From positions 79,362,001-79,426,000 of the forward strand of contig CM052816.1 in assembly GCA_028534125.1 (NCBI GenBank): DNA of 64,000 nt, written 5' to 3'. The stretch's first letter is position 1; each line of letters starts with the position of its first letter. Positions 49,561 through 63,539 of the stretch are shown here, one piece after another. A program made the translations under genes and the position numbers. Under the pieces are notes generated by a model. That model did not search any database, had not been told where the DNA came from, and saw nothing but the letters and a program-made list of their open reading frames with translations. Origin of the DNA: Lama glama (Eukaryota).

Positions 49561-51582
49561 TTAACTATCATATGAAAAATCATTACTAGCCGGTGAGGAT
49601 CACTAACAAACTTCACAAATCTCAGTAAATTTAAGATTACATCTAGAATGTTCCCCTTTCTCTCAGCACACACAATAATTTAAAACTACAAGGATAACAA
49701 TGAAAGAATCACAACAATTTTAAAAACCCCTCCCTTCTTCATAAAAATGAAGCAGCAGAGGGATAATGCTGAGAATAGTCAAGTATATTTTGTTTATTTA
49801 GCGAATGATACTGGAAAGAAAAGATTATGGTGCTCATTTGGCGGTGCTCCTACTTTGGCACCAGCCGCCGCTGCCGGAGGAGGTGGTACATTCAGATTGT
49901 GAACTCGAGCCATCTCAAGGGGAGGGGCGCCAGGGAAGCAGACACCGCACTTCAGGAAAAGGGGATCATAAGAGGAAGGGATGGGTTTTGTCGGGGGCTG
50001 AAGAGCCTCACAACTCTGGCCTCGAGGCTCTCATGGGTCTGAGAGTCCCAATGCTCTGAAGTCAGCTCAAGTCCAGTTCAAGAAAGGACAGGTAATGCTT
50101 CTCACCACAGTGAGCCCAGGTTGGCTGTATGAGGCCTGGGCATTGCTATTCTGCACTTAATTAGCTGGGCTTGTGAAGCAAACATATTTAGCAAACAGGC
50201 GGTTATTTCTCATGTCAGCAAATGCCACTCAGTCCATTCAAGTTTACTCTTGGCAAAAACAGAGGGATGAAACGATTATTCAGATAATCCAGCTCCTGAA
50301 GGCACTTCAGATGATGCAGCTGAAATTCATAGGAATGGCTCCCCGCCTACCCCTGACATTTCGGCTATGTCTGGTCTGCAAAGGCAAAAGCATCATTTTC
50401 CTGCCTCTGGAGAGTACAGTACTTTCCAAGTGATATTTCTAACAACTGCATAATTTTCACTAAATTGCATCCCATTTTCATGAAATGTCTCAGTGGAAAT
50501 CATGAAGCTGATAAATAAAGCATTGCCTTCCTACTTTCTGTAAGGTTTTCCCTTCTGCGCAGCCTGGTTTTATGAATATTTTGTGACAGTAAGGACAGGC
50601 TATCTGAAATGGCACTCACATGAGTTCTGTATTTCTTCAGTCAGATTTGGACTAATGGATTGAATAAATCTGAGATACCTCCAATAGGAAATAGATAGGA
50701 AGTGATCCATATGATCACTTGAGAAAAAAGTCTCTTTTGTTTATTAGAACAGTGTGATACATATAAGGAAAAATACGAATGTATTCAATAATTAAAAGAT
50801 TGGATATTTTGATTTTCAGAGCTATAAGGGTCTCGACACCATGATATCATAATGGCCAAGAGTATACTTGGCACCCAAATCTTGGCTTCCGTAACCACCC
50901 TCAACTACCATGAACCCAAGTACCTCTAGATAAACAGCTTATTCTAGTTCTGAGGAAAGAAGGGTACAATATGGGCCTGGGGAATCTTGTTTTACCAGAA
51001 AACAAGGAATTAATTGCTCATTAAAGACGAATGGCGACTTAGTGGACTTTAAAGAAAGTCCTTTATGCATCTAGAAAAAGAGAGTAATGACTCAAGAAAA
51101 TGACAATTAGATTATCATTCCTCTTTTTGACAGCAACACTTTATACTTGAAGAAAACGGAATAATATATTTAGGATATTCAAGGAGAGAAAATGTGAACT
51201 AAGGATTTTATACACAGCAAAACCGACAAGTAGAAAAGGCGCACACTGTTACCAATATACAAAATTGTTTGACTGAGGCCTTCTTGAGGAATTTGCTGGA
51301 GGGTTTCAGACAACTGAAATGACCAGAGAGATGTGGACACAGGGACTGGCGGGGAGCACTGAATAGTTGTAAAGTCAAGACTCAAGGGAGAGTTTAGCAT
51401 GTGGATGCTAAATGTGCTGTCAGGGTAGTTTTACAAAAAGAAAAATGGGGAGACAATGGAGAGATCACATGAAAAATTAACTCCTTAAATGACTGGCAAC
51501 TAAATGCAGCTTTGTTTACCTTGAGTTGGTGGAAAGGATCAAAAGTGATCTCAGAAAGATTTTTAAGGGAGATATTATTTAC

Positions 51583-51771
51583 CGCTTCTCGATCAAGAGC
51601 ATCCTGGAAATCTTTGAGTCGTCTTTCCTCATACTGTTTTTCTCTGAAAATTCTGTTTTGCCACAAAACTTCCTTTTCGTGCCGGACGTGCATGAGCTGC
51701 ACGGCGATCCTGCGCTCCTGCTGGGACTGTCGCATCAGCCGGTTGATCAGTTGCTCCTCCCGGTAAGCCTC
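51583..51771 (-). CDS. SPEF2: SPEF2 coding exon (exon 8 equivalent), 189 nt, coiled-coil region
   Basis: tttctag|GAGGCT...GAAGCG|gtaaat; EAYREEQLINRLMRQSQQERRIAVQLMHVRHEKEVLWQNRIFREKQYEERRLKDFQDALDREA. Confidence 0.97.
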
Positions 51772-52929
51772 CTAGAAATGCCATTGCAAGAGCCAGTTAT
51801 CTGTCAAGGTGGTGCCCACATTTCCCACTGGGCTGAGAAGCCTATACATAAGCCATGTGTTAAGGCATGGTATTTGGCTACATCAGTTTGTGCCATTTGA
51901 CTTAAATTTGAACATGGCAAAAGTCAAGTTATAAAACTAAAAATTCCCACTGAAGTTTGTATCATTTTGGTACCCAGAAGCTTATGGTCCTGCAACTCAT
52001 AGTTATTTTAAATGAATTATTATCATGGTATTATAAATGAAGGGTATAATTCTCAATTTATAAGTACATTTTCAGAATTTGGAATTGCACTCTATGCACT
52101 CTTAACATAAATACTAGCTGTAAAAACAAACGCAGACATTGTCTCTGAAGATGGCAGCGCTGATTAGTTCTGAGTAGGGACATCTCCATACCTAAGCTAT
52201 TGAATGGGAAAATTGGAGAAGAGACTTAGGGGAAGCTTATTTTAGAAAATCCAAGTGGTAGTAACCTGAAAGAGAAACTAGATGTGTTCTCTTGACTCCC
52301 TAGCTATTTTAAGAGAACAGACGGGGAACCAGTAAGTAAACAGTGGAAGAAGCATTAAACTGGGGATCAGCATCCCTGCTGTTGCAGCCCCAGTTGCACC
52401 ATGAACTAGCTGAGTGGCCTTGGGCAAGTAACTGGGATGTTCAGGGCCCATTTCTTGACAGGTAAAATGAAGGGTCTAGGTGGAAGAGGATCTCTAAGGT
52501 CCTTTCAAGCTCTCTCACTCTGTCTAAACAGAGACATCATGTGGAAGGAGGAGGTAATTAAAATTCTCCGAGAACTTAGAAGATAGAATATCTCAACATT
52601 GGAGTTGTCCATTTAACACACAACAAAGAAAATCTGGCATCATTAGTGACACTTTCAGATTATAAGAGAAATATTACATATATTTTCAGAATCAAGATAC
52701 AAGTAACAACACCCTGTGGTAAATGCCAAAACTTGAACCTAGGAATTATAGTAAACTGTAGGTTAAATAGAAATTCACCTGAAAATAAATATGAAATTTT
52801 TTCTGCTAGTAACATATAACAGGTAAAAAATAAAATCATGAACAACAATGAAATATATGTCTCAGCTCATTATAAAATTCTACAAGCTTTAATGTTAATC
52901 ATTTGTTTCCTTTGAGATCCAACAGTGGA

Positions 52930-53420
52930 GGTGAGGCAAAATGTAAAAATGGCCACAAGTTCTTCAGTTTGTTTTTTTTTTCCCTTCATCCTCAGCCCTG
53001 CCATGTTATCCTGCAGACAGTCCCATCAAAAAGTAGAACTATTTCTCCACTCCTTAAGTGTGGGATACGGGGTGACCTCTGACTTGAATCGACCAATAGG
53101 ACACTAGCAAAAACAAAACAAAACAAAAGACTTGGGGACCTGACTTTCTTAATTCTCTTGTAACCCTTGCCACTGTCACCACATTTTCTGGTCAGCTAGA
53201 AAATGAGAGACCACAGAGAGAAAAAGAGGGAGAGAGGGAGAGAGGGAGAAAGAGGAACCACCTTCTCAGCTAGAACTGATGGAAGTCTCACAAGTCAGCC
53301 AGTTCCAGCCAACCCACCAGCTGGCCAAAGACATCTGAGCGAGGCCAGGTGAGGCCAGGAAGAGGCGCACGGCTGAGCCCAGCCCAAACGGCCAACCACA
53401 TTTTGGGTGGCTTGGGATAC
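52930..53420 (+). mobile_element. Old MLT1/MaLR-type LTR
   Basis: cccatcaaaaagtagaactatttctccactcc...gtgacctctgacttgaatcgaccaatagg...ggctgagcccagcccaaa. Confidence 0.55.
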
Positions 53421-54224
53421 AAAAGGCACAGTCTCAACTATGCATATTTTTAAAGTAGAGCCTTGATGTGTTATTCCAAGTGAATTCTATATTTAATGTG
53501 GACTATATCTACATTTGGCTGTGTTTATCTAGCAGGGCAGTTTGGTTGTGGAGATGAGAGCTGGCCATTCTGACTCCTGTGAGGTCAGACATGTTATAAA
53601 CCTAAATCTAAAATGTTAGGGCCATCCTAAGTTCACTCCTCTAATCACTTCTAATACAATACTCAAAGAAACAGTCTATTTTGCCTCCCATTCGTGTTTT
53701 AAAATCACCGCCTACTCCATCTACACCTACTGACTGCCCCTACCTTACAGTGGCAGCATCAGCCCCTCCTTACCACGACTTTCCTCCAGCTGTTCTCTAG
53801 AACCTATTTTCCAGAAAAAGTCAAAGTGATCTTTCTAACCTTATACCTCTTTATGAATTACTAGCAAGACAGCGACCGGACCACAGGTCTCTGGATCTCT
53901 TAACACAAGCCCAACTAAAACAAGAGTTTATAAACTGCAGGGGGAAATGGCAACAACCTGGAAGCTAGAGAAGACATTATGAGACATTTCTGATAGATTC
54001 AGTGCAAATGGAGCCGGAATCAAAGCATCTAGGGCTGACATGAGATCTGCGCTATGCTCTCAAAAAGCAGTGCATGCTTGAGGGAAGCAGAGGAAATCCT
54101 AGCCCTGACAAATACCATTTTCTCTTTGGAGGAGAGAAGGGTGGATGGGAAAACAGGCCATGCTGCACATGGGAATTTCCCATTCCACCAGTGGGGAGCA
54201 GGGGTACTCGTGTTAGCTGCACAT

Positions 54225-54320
54225 GGAGGTAGGGCCGAGGTATTTACATTCCTAAGTTTCCTCGTGATGCTGATGCCGATGGTCCCAAAACACACTCTGA
54301 GGACCACTGCAGTAGACCAA
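54225..54320. mobile_element. MER5A-like hAT fragment
   Basis: cctaagtttcctcgtgatgctgatgccgatggtcccaaaacacactctgaggaccactgcagtaga. Confidence 0.65.
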
Positions 54321-54372
54321 AATGAGAGTGCTAAAAACTTTCCATGTGGTTTTCATTAAAAAGTTCCCTTTT

Positions 54373-55770
54373 TGATAATCTCAATAGACAGAAAAAACAT
54401 TTGAAAAGATTCAGTACCCTTTCATGATAAAAATTCTCAACAAACTAGGTATAGAAGGAATATAACTCAACATAATACAGATCACATATGGTAAGCCCAT
54501 AGTTCACATCATACCTAATGATATGATGCTAAAAGCTTTCAGATTTTCACCATTCCCCTAAGATCAAGAATAAGACAAGGATGCCCACTCTCACCACCTC
54601 TACTGGTTCTGGAAGTCCTAGCCAGGGGAACTGGCAAGAAAAAGAAAGTAAAGGCATCCAAATTGGAAAGGAAGAAGTAAAGCTGTTTCTGTTTGCAGAT
54701 GACATGCTCTTACACATAGAAACTCTAAAGATTCCAACAAAGAAATGTTAGAACTAAAAACAAATTCAGAAAAGTTCAGGATACAAAATAACACATTAAA
54801 ATCATCTGTGTCCCTACACACTAACAATGAATTATCAGAAATGAAATTAAGAAAACAATATCAGAGGGTGTAAAGGAAAGAGAAAAGAGAACCCTCCTAC
54901 ACTGTTGGTGGGAATGTAAATTGGTACAGCCACTATGGAAAACAGCATGGAGGTTTCTTAAAAAACTAAAAACAGAGTTACCATATGATCTAGCAATCTC
55001 ACTCCTGGCCACATATCTGGAAAAGATGAAAATTCTAATTCAAGAAGATATATGCAGCCCAATATTCATAGTAGCACTATTTACAATGGCCAAGACATGG
55101 AAGCAACCTAAATGTTCATCAACAGATGACTGGATAAAGAAGATGTGGTATATAGATATATGGAAAACAGTATAGTGCTTACTCAAAAAAATAAACATAG
55201 AAAATTAAACATATGATCCAGCAATCCTACTTCTGGGTATATCTTCAGAGGAAATAAAACCAATATCTCAAAGAGATGTCTGTACCCCATGATCACTGCA
55301 GCACTATTCACAATAGCCATGATATGTAAACAGCCTAAGTGTCCATTGATGGGTGAATAGATATACATATATATACAGATATATATAGATATATCTCACA
55401 TATATACATATATATAATGGAATATTATTCAGCCTTCATAAAGAAGGAAATCTTGTCATTTATGACAACATGGATGAAACTGGAGGACACGATGCTAAGT
55501 GAAATAAGCCAGACGTAGAAAGACAAATATTGCATATCTCACTTAAATGTGGAATCTAAAAAAAGTTGATCTTATAAAAGCAGATCTTAGCCATTTTCAC
55601 CAAACACACACAAAAATTGTGACATATTTTTTGGTGAGGTAATGGATATGTTAATCAGTTTGATTATGGTAATCATTTCACAATGTATATGTATATCAAA
55701 ATATCATCTTAAATACCTTAAATACGTAGAATTTTTATTTGTCAATTACATCTCAATAAAACTGAGACAG
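54373..55770 (+). mobile_element. 5'-truncated L1 (L1MA-like) with a 13-bp TSD and composite interior
   Basis: ORF2 remnants (ctgtttgcagatgacatg, LFADDM), 3' UTR and AATAAA at about 55755; AAAGTTCCCTTTT at both 54360-54372 and 55771-55783. Confidence 0.85.
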
Positions 55771-56147
55771 AAAGTTCCCTTTTACCTCTAAAAGTAATAA
55801 CATATAGAGAGAGTTGATGTAGAGTTTTAGATTCCTATGTTGTTAGTATTTTTTATTGTGTTAAAACACTCATAACATAAAATTTACCATTTCAACCATT
55901 TTTCAGTGTATAATTCAGTGTACAATTAAGTAAATTCACAATGTTATACACCATCACCAGACTTTAGATTCTTTAGTAAATGTTTTATGTAGAGTTGTTT
56001 TATGTAGTGTATTTGCTGCCATGTTGTGAAGATGTCCCAGTGATTCAGAGTAGCACATAATACACACATAAGATAAATATACGTACATATAAAAGACCAC
56101 GTTTTGTAAAATTTCCAGCACTACTATTAACCAACTAAATATCTTAC

Positions 56148-56331
56148 CTCTTGTGCTTCATGGGCTATTAACTGGTCCATTAGCAGTCTCCGCCTTCTTT
56201 TTTCCCTTTGTTCTCGTGCAAAAGCATCTTCTTCAAGGCGCTTTTGGATTTTTTTAATGTAGTCGTCATCCGAGTAAGTGTTTAGCAAATCAGTGGTTGT
56301 CTGGACTGCTGTATCTAAAGATCTGGATGCA
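56148..56331 (-). CDS. SPEF2: SPEF2 coding exon (exon 7 equivalent), 184 nt
   Basis: ccttag|TGCATCC...CAAGAG|gtaaga; ASRSLDTAVQTTTDLLNTYSDDDYIKKIQKRLEEDAFAREQREKRRRRLLMDQLIAHEAQE; phase 2 in, phase 0 out. Confidence 0.95.
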
Positions 56332-57859
56332 CTAAGGACAATAGTTTTTACTTAGATTTAAACAAATAACTCAGTCACATGCCATTAACTTGTGACTATG
56401 AAAGAAGACCTCAGGAGACACCTTGAGTGCTCTGTTAATTTATTAATACAATAGTTCATTATTTGTAGGTTTGCTGCTCCCAGCTGAACTCTGAGCTAGT
56501 AAGAAAAGTATCCTGTTTTACTATTCTCTCTATACCTATGCCTCATAGTCCTGACATGTAGCTGATGTCTGCTAAATTTCAAATGATATGCTAAGAAGCA
56601 CCTTATGAGTGTAATACAATTAAAAAAAAATCACACACTGACATTCTGGCTATTTTATCAGCAGGGGCTCAGTCTTCAGTTGTATTCTCTCCGAATCATT
56701 GAGTAGAAATTATGTAGCTACCACAACCTCAGTAAGATAAAAGTTTAACCCTATTTATTTATTAAGATTTAGTACAATTAAGTATTTATGAAAATGGTGC
56801 AACATAATTTTTTTAGATCTTTCTTCAAAATTCTTACTATATTTTAACTTACATGTGTTGTTTAAATGAGTTTGCCTTGGATTGAGCATGGGTTAATAGC
56901 TCTCTCAACACTGTATTTGTGCTGCCAACAATATACCTAAGATGCTGCTTTTCTATTATTTATCAATCAGTCTGTCCATCTGTCTATATACACATCCATC
57001 TGCTGTCATGCCAGTTAAGGTCTGATGAAAGCTACATGACATTTACTTGAATAAATATTCATTTTACCAAGATGTGAGTTTCTCGAGGGCAATAATTATG
57101 TTTTCTTTATATCTGTTTGCTTGTCAGGCCTCCATAGAATTAATAATTATATGTGTATGAATTATTAGTGATAGGAACTGTGGCCAAATTTGTATATATT
57201 AAAAAGGCAGTTGTTAGACAGAGCTTAAGGTAAACCTATGAATCCCAATGTTAAATTACAGCAGCCAACAGCTTCAGTTAAAGAAATAAATAGCAGACAG
57301 CATTTATTATTTGTCTTAAAAAAAAAACATAGTAATAGAACATGTGGGGGAAAACCAGCAGTGGGAACTCTTACATTGCTCTCACTGAGACATCATTTTT
57401 CTCTCACAAAAGAAAAAAGATAGACATCCCTGAGAAAGTGTTTCAGGAGCCGGCTGTGGAAGAGGCAGCTGCAGTAGGAAAAGTTTCTGGAAGAGCCCAG
57501 AGCGTGCCTGATTCTAAGCTGAGAATTCAGAATGAACTAAAGAAGTAGTGATTAATAACAGGGATTAAGAAAGGCCACACTGTACCATGGCTTTTTTCTG
57601 TTTTCTTTAAAACTGTGCTCTAGATTAGTGCTTCCCAACATCTTTTATCTGGGGGTCCATCAGAGGAGGTGTCCTTTGTGCAGTGCCCTGGGAGGGATTT
57701 GGAGTCACATATGGGGCTGCTCACAGCCACAGGTGACTGGTCCAGGGACTCCAGCTGCCCTAGGCCCCACCCTGCTGCTCTGAGAAGTAAGGATGTCTAT
57801 ACCTCGTGAGCCCCCACTGGGGAATCTCTGGCCAGACTAAGTGGAGGCTTCTGCTGAGA

Positions 57860-58340
57860 AAAGATCTGTGATGAACACTGCTATTTCTCATCCTTTTTCC
57901 TCAAAACAGAGATCCAGTTTTATTCAGGAAGACAGGAAGACCCAGGTAAAGACTACAGTTTCCAGCCTCCTACTCAGCTAGGTATGGCCACGTGACTGAA
58001 TTCTGGCCACTGAGATGCAAGCAGAAATGTTATAGGGCACTTCTGGGAAGGCTCCTAGAAGGAGCTGTTGCAGATTGGACATACCCACTTTTTGTCTATC
58101 CTCCTTCCTGATGCTGGAACATGGGCCAAATGGCCAGAGCCCCAGAAGTTGTCTTACATTGCGAGTGTGACTCTGAGGACAAAAACCACACATCAGGATA
58201 GCAGAACTGAAGGGAACATTCAGTCCTTGATGACCTCAGAGTGGCAACACACGCCCTGGGCTGCTGATACTCTGATTTCTATTATAGGAGAGAGAAGTAG
58301 ACTTCTAACCAACTTCACCCAGTCTTGTTTCAGGGTTTCC
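57860..58340 (+). mobile_element. MLT1I/J-like MaLR LTR
   Basis: aaagactacagtttccagcctcc...gctaggtatggccacgtgactgaattctggccactgagatgcaagcagaa...acttctgggaaggctcc. Confidence 0.7.
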
Positions 58341-59730
58341 AGCTAAGGGAGAGAGAGGCCTAGGTTCAGGTTGGCTTGGGGAGGCAATGAGGTTCAGGGT
58401 GAAGGTCTGCAGCTGTATTGTGTGGGGAGGATCTTTAAAACATTTAGTCACTGACATTGTGAGGATTTTAATCAATCAAAATGGATGCTGGTGCAGGGGC
58501 TGGAAGATGCTGCTGTGCTTGGTGTTAATTCTGGCTGCTAAATTGTGTGGAAATCAAGGCGTCCCAGGAAAGGGGCTGGGTGTGGAGCTACAGAGAAAAC
58601 CATTCACCAAAAGTAATAAGGTATTTCAGTATTTTAAGATGGTCATTCTGGTGGACATCACCTGTTTAAGACTCCAGAGCAGGTGGCTGGTGAGATGAGT
58701 GAAGGATGGAAGAAATGGAGTGGCTGGATGGGCTACGGTCAGGGTGGGCTGGTGGGGTCAGGCAGCAGCTGCACAGGTAGGCAGGCCTGGATTGTGGTTA
58801 TTTTAGGAATCAGGGAAGCACTGACAAGTGCGGGCAGGGTCAGAGCAGGGCATCAGGAGTCTCCGTGAAGGGGAGGAGGAAAGGCAATTCAAGCATGTTC
58901 TTTATTTTGCTTCATTTTCCTTTCACACCTGACATCCTCACCATTTCTTCTTCAAGCTTCTTATTCCTCTGCATTTGACTCTATTTCCATCCCTCAGAAA
59001 TATTAATGTGGAACCAAAGTGTACCATTTGCGTCTTTTTTTCTTCTTTAATAGAGATTTATTTCTTATTCTATAAAACGTAAGTGAACAGAGTTTGGATA
59101 GTTTCCTTTAAAAATTTAGAAAAACTCAAGTTGCTCCTAAATAAGCAGGCTCTGATCAATTATTCTCTGTGAGTCAATGACCCTAATAGGAAACGACAGG
59201 GGAAAAGACCTTCATATTTAGGAAAAAGGAGCCTGTTAACCAGGCATTTTTTGTAATGAACTGACTTAACTGTCTGTCTTAGTGACATTCACTCAACAAA
59301 ATCATTCAACAATTTTTTTATTGCTGGTCCCAGTGCTAAATGCTGAGGCTACAACATGAGAGAAACCAGAGTCTAATAAAGGCTTTATTGTGACAAATTT
59401 AAATTAATGGTAACTTGAAAAAATTTTAGTGAATGTTTAAAAAATGTGTGAATTTAAAAGTGTTTTTAAATATAGCACAGAAAAATAAATTAACTTCACA
59501 TCTCACAATAGCCACTTTCCCTCTTGATCTTTATAAAAGTAGGTAAAGAACAATTAATCTGAATTTTAACTCATTTATCTTCCTTAAGACACTCTCTTAA
59601 TGAAGATTCTACAGTGAAAACATCTTTGGAACAGCTATTTCAGGTAAACTATTTCTAAATATTCAAAATTAAAGGAGAACAGGGAGAACAGAATGCAGGT
59701 TTGTGATTATTAAAATAATTTTCATCCCAC

Positions 59731-59795
59731 CTTTCTTTTGCCTGGAGATCCTTTTTTATCAATGCTTCGAAATTCTTAATTTCATTGGCAACATC
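59731..59795 (-). CDS. SPEF2: SPEF2 coding exon (exon 6 equivalent), 65 nt
   Basis: ttttctttaaag|GATGTT...AAAGAAAG|gtggga; DVANEIKNFEALIKKDLQAKE(S). Confidence 0.94.
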
Positions 59796-60394
59796 CTTTA
59801 AAGAAAAGTCATTTTCAGTATCTCTAAACAGCAGCGAACATTTTCATTTACAATATCCGTTCAGATTTAAAAAATGACATGCACTAATAATTCAAGCTGA
59901 TCAGGAGGTAAGATCTGAAAAGCTGCATTCTAGAATCTTCTTCTATACTGTTTTGTTACTGTTAGACTAGGCTAAATACACTTAAAAGAAGGTGAAAATT
60001 GCCTAACCTGAATCATTTATTTCACTGTTCTAGCTCTGACAGTACATGAAAGGGCATTTAATGAGAATAAAAATTATCAAAGAGTCAGGACGTGCATTTT
60101 TAATTGCAATTCTTTTAAATGAGAATAAGCACTTTTGGGATATAAATATTTCTTTAAAGATCATCTTGGGTGTTTTAAACATTTCTTGTGCAACCTTAAT
60201 TTGCTTTCTGAAAATTAATTTTAGCTGATCCTCTGCCTACTGCATATCCTTATTAATAAACTTATCAATTCAGGGAAACAAAGAATTAAGTGCCTTTTAT
60301 AAAATGGGGTCAGAAAAAAGCCTCTATAGGTAGTATTTTTTAGAATCCAACTATAGGATTTTTTAAATATTAAAAAATGTGAATTAATATAAAA

Positions 60395-60610
60395 TACAGT
60401 GGATTTAGAAATCAGAGAGACCTGTCAATCTCTGCTTTATCAGCATCGTAAACTTGGGTAAAACATGTCAGTTTTCAGAGATCAGTTTCCTCATCTACAA
60501 AATAGGGAAAATAATATCCTACTTTGGGGGTTATTTACAAATTGAAGATAATGTGAAGTGACCAACCCACAGCCTGGCATGTAGTAGGTAATTAGTAAAT
60601 GGTAGCTATT
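60395..60610 (+). mobile_element. MIR SINE
   Basis: cagtttcctcatctacaaaatagggaaaataatatcctac...cctggcatgtagtaggtaattagtaaatggtagctatt. Confidence 0.8.
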
Positions 60611-61266
60611 AATCTTTTTTCTTAAGTCAAGGGAGAGAATATCATTAACAATCATTATAGCAGGATGCAGTGGAGATTGCAGGATTTAGCATCAAAATGT
60701 AGCATTGCTCCCCTGTGAAATACAGTCAATTCCTTTTGATTGACAGTTGGTATAGTCTAGCAGAATATCACTAGTGTAGGTATTTTAAATTTAAATATCC
60801 CGATAGCAAGCAGACTACTTAAACATTTCTGGGATTCAAGAAAATAGTGCAGCATGGTGAGGAGGCATAAAGTAAAAGTAGACAGGAGGAATGGCACATC
60901 CATGGAATGGGTACCTGGACTGACCCCGGTGGTACCCATGGGCATCATGACCCAATACAATGGCACCCATTCTGGCCCAGTTTGTTAGTGGCCGCAGACT
61001 CCACAACACAGGAGTCCACGCAGGTACTGTCCTTTAATAGGAGTTTGCCATCCCTGTCCTAAAGCTACATTCTCTGCTTCTGAACAAATAACAGTATAAA
61101 GTGGATTAGATATGCATATAGTGGAGGAGTTTTGAATGAGAAGGGACAATGCCAGAGACAATTTGAGAAGAACGTGGGGAGCTTGGGGAAGTCTTTCTAT
61201 GTTTTAGGGAAAGATCATCCTTTTATTAAGAGAAACATTACACAGTATTAAAGGGTTATCACTTAC

Positions 61267-61407
61267 CTCTGCCTCTATTTTCTTTTTCATCATTTTTTGG
61301 GCGTCAGGTGCTTTCAGAGTACGATTTGATGCAGGCTTAGGAATCTGTATGATAGCTGCTTGGATTTGGGCCATTATTTCATTTTGTCGTCTTCTGCTCA
61401 AGCGTTG
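61267..61407 (-). CDS. SPEF2: SPEF2 coding exon (exon 5 equivalent), 141 nt
   Basis: attcag|CAACGC...GCAGAG|gtaagt; QRLSRRRQNEIMAQIQAAIIQIPKPASNRTLKAPDAQKMMKKKIEAE (within ORF 61204..61401). Confidence 0.96.
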
Positions 61408-63368
61408 CTGAATATCCCATATACATTAGTTTAGTTATTCAGTTCATCAGAATAATACTCAATGTTCTACACTCACAGGTACACATGTATACAAATTTCC
61501 CAATGAAATTTTCCAAATTTAACAATTAACCAACGTACTAGGTGTTAACTGTGTAATGTTATGAAGCAAGTGTCAATATAACTTAATTTTAAAGGTATGA
61601 TATTAAAACACAATTTTGGAATCCCCAAATTATGCCAACCAAATGTGTATTTTCATTCTGGGTGGTGATACTAAAAGAATAATAGAGATGTTCCCAATAC
61701 AAAGAAGAGTATAATTCTTTCCCAGTTCCACCTTCATGACCTGCCCAATAACGGGAAGAAAAAATTCTGTCTCTGAAGATGGTCTGAAGAGAAAATTCAA
61801 TCTAAGACATGGTCTCTAGGAGGGCTCCCAGGGAACCCAGTAGAAACGACAAGCTTCCCCCAAACCCAGTTACACTTACACAATGAGTTCAGAGGCTGCC
61901 TCCAATCTTGAACTAACACTAAATCATGTGTTATCATTATTGGATCATCTTTTCTCTATGTAGGCAGTAATTATTTTAAGAAGAATATAAGCAGGAGGGT
62001 GTAATTGAAAGAAAAAGTATTATAAAATATAGATTAAATATTTTAAAAATAAGAGGCAACATGTGAAACTAATCATGACTTTACCACTAATGCATAGACT
62101 AGAATTAGTAAGATCATCAATTCTATATCCAAAGGTAAAAATATTCACTTTACCATTAAAAGGTCAGAAATTTTAAATAATTTAAAAGTTGTCTTAATTT
62201 CACTTCCCCAAATATCCATTTTTATTTAACTGCAATGTTTATCTGGTTTTTTTTCCCTTGAGAAAACCAGGAAGACACAGGCTCTTCCTTTTTCCTATTT
62301 GCCTATCATTTTTAACATAATTTATTTCAGAATATTTCATGGGCTCATGTTTCCTTTTTTTCCCCAACTTTCTTTGGAGACTGTCTACGTTCGATGTGGC
62401 ACTTTAAAGTGAGACAGGCTGGGTCCATAAAATTAGAGCCCCAGCTCTTGGCATGGACTGAAACACAACTTTAAGAGTGCCTGTCTCTTTACCCTGCACT
62501 GCTGAGGGGAAGCTCAAACCTTTATCCACTCCCAGGCAAGTAATGGGATCCTAAGATCTTCCAGAGTTGGTCTTTCCCCTTTCCCTCCCTCCCAACAAGG
62601 AGCTGACTATGTTCAGAATATGCTTATTTCTCATCATTCTAAATATATGAGTTTAAAAAGCAATTTACAGTACAATGAGAAGAACTATCATTCTTTTGCC
62701 TGTAGTTTACACATTCCATATATGCAGCCATCTGAAATTCTCTTAAAAGTCTTTAATGATTCCACACCCCATTGTCCTCTCATATCCTTAAAGGCACAGG
62801 AGATCACTAAAGATTTCCAAAGAAATCTGGGAAGTAGCGGAGAGTTAGTCAAAGCAAGAAGCAAGGGCCAGGAAGATGTTAAGACACGTTTAAGGGGACT
62901 GGAAAGGAAAGCAAGCAGAGAATCGTCACACTGCCAGGAAGAGAGAAATGGAGCAGGACAGGAAGACCAAGGAGGGACCAAAAGAGGGAAACAAGAGCAA
63001 CAAGTGTCTGCTCCATCTCCCCCAGTAGTGACAATGCTCATAAGCCTTCGCTGGGGTTGCTTGTAGCAACCTCCTATCACTAAAGCATCGGACAACTTAA
63101 AAAGATATCAAGCTGTTCTGCTACCCCTGGGAATGGCAGTTCCGGTTCTTAGCCACAAGGGGAGGTGACAGTCAGGGAGAGTGGGGATGGAGAAGGGGGA
63201 AGAGTGAGGGAGGGAAAGGTGAGAGAGGCAGAGCCAGGAGTCATGCATCAGGAACCAGGAACCAGCATCTCGTGCTGGATTCATGCTTATGCAATGTGTA
63301 CTACAGGCATAACTCGCAAACAGTATACTATGCACTAATGAATTTCTGGAAAAATTGTTCTATAAAAC

Positions 63369-63539
63369 CTTTTCGATATTAAAACATCTTTGTTCTTCCT
63401 GGAGTTTTTGAAATTTTTCAGGTTTCTCAGAATGCATGCAGACAAAATCTTCATTCATGTGTTTGTATTTTTCTTGAAACCTGTGTGTAACCCGCATCAG
63501 ATTGAAATCAGTTTGACGTGGTATCAGGTTTCTAAGTCT
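63369..63539 (-). CDS. SPEF2: SPEF2 coding exon (human exon 4 equivalent), 171 nt, phase 0/0
   Basis: Minus strand ...cttcatttag|AGACTT...ATCGAAAAG|gtttta; translates RLRNLIPRQTDFNLMRVTHRFQEKYKHMNEDF...KLQEEQRCFNIEK, matching recalled human SPEF2 RLRHMIPRQTDFNLMRITYRFQEKYK...EEQRCFDIEK. Confidence 0.95.

Noticed and set aside
49062..49673. 203-aa ORF
   Set aside because: Lies over degraded L2 sequence with no recognisable protein motifs
62620..63095. Overlapping 148-aa and 135-aa ORFs on opposite strands
   Set aside because: Purine-biased intronic sequence, no homology recognised, not needed for SPEF2 frame continuity
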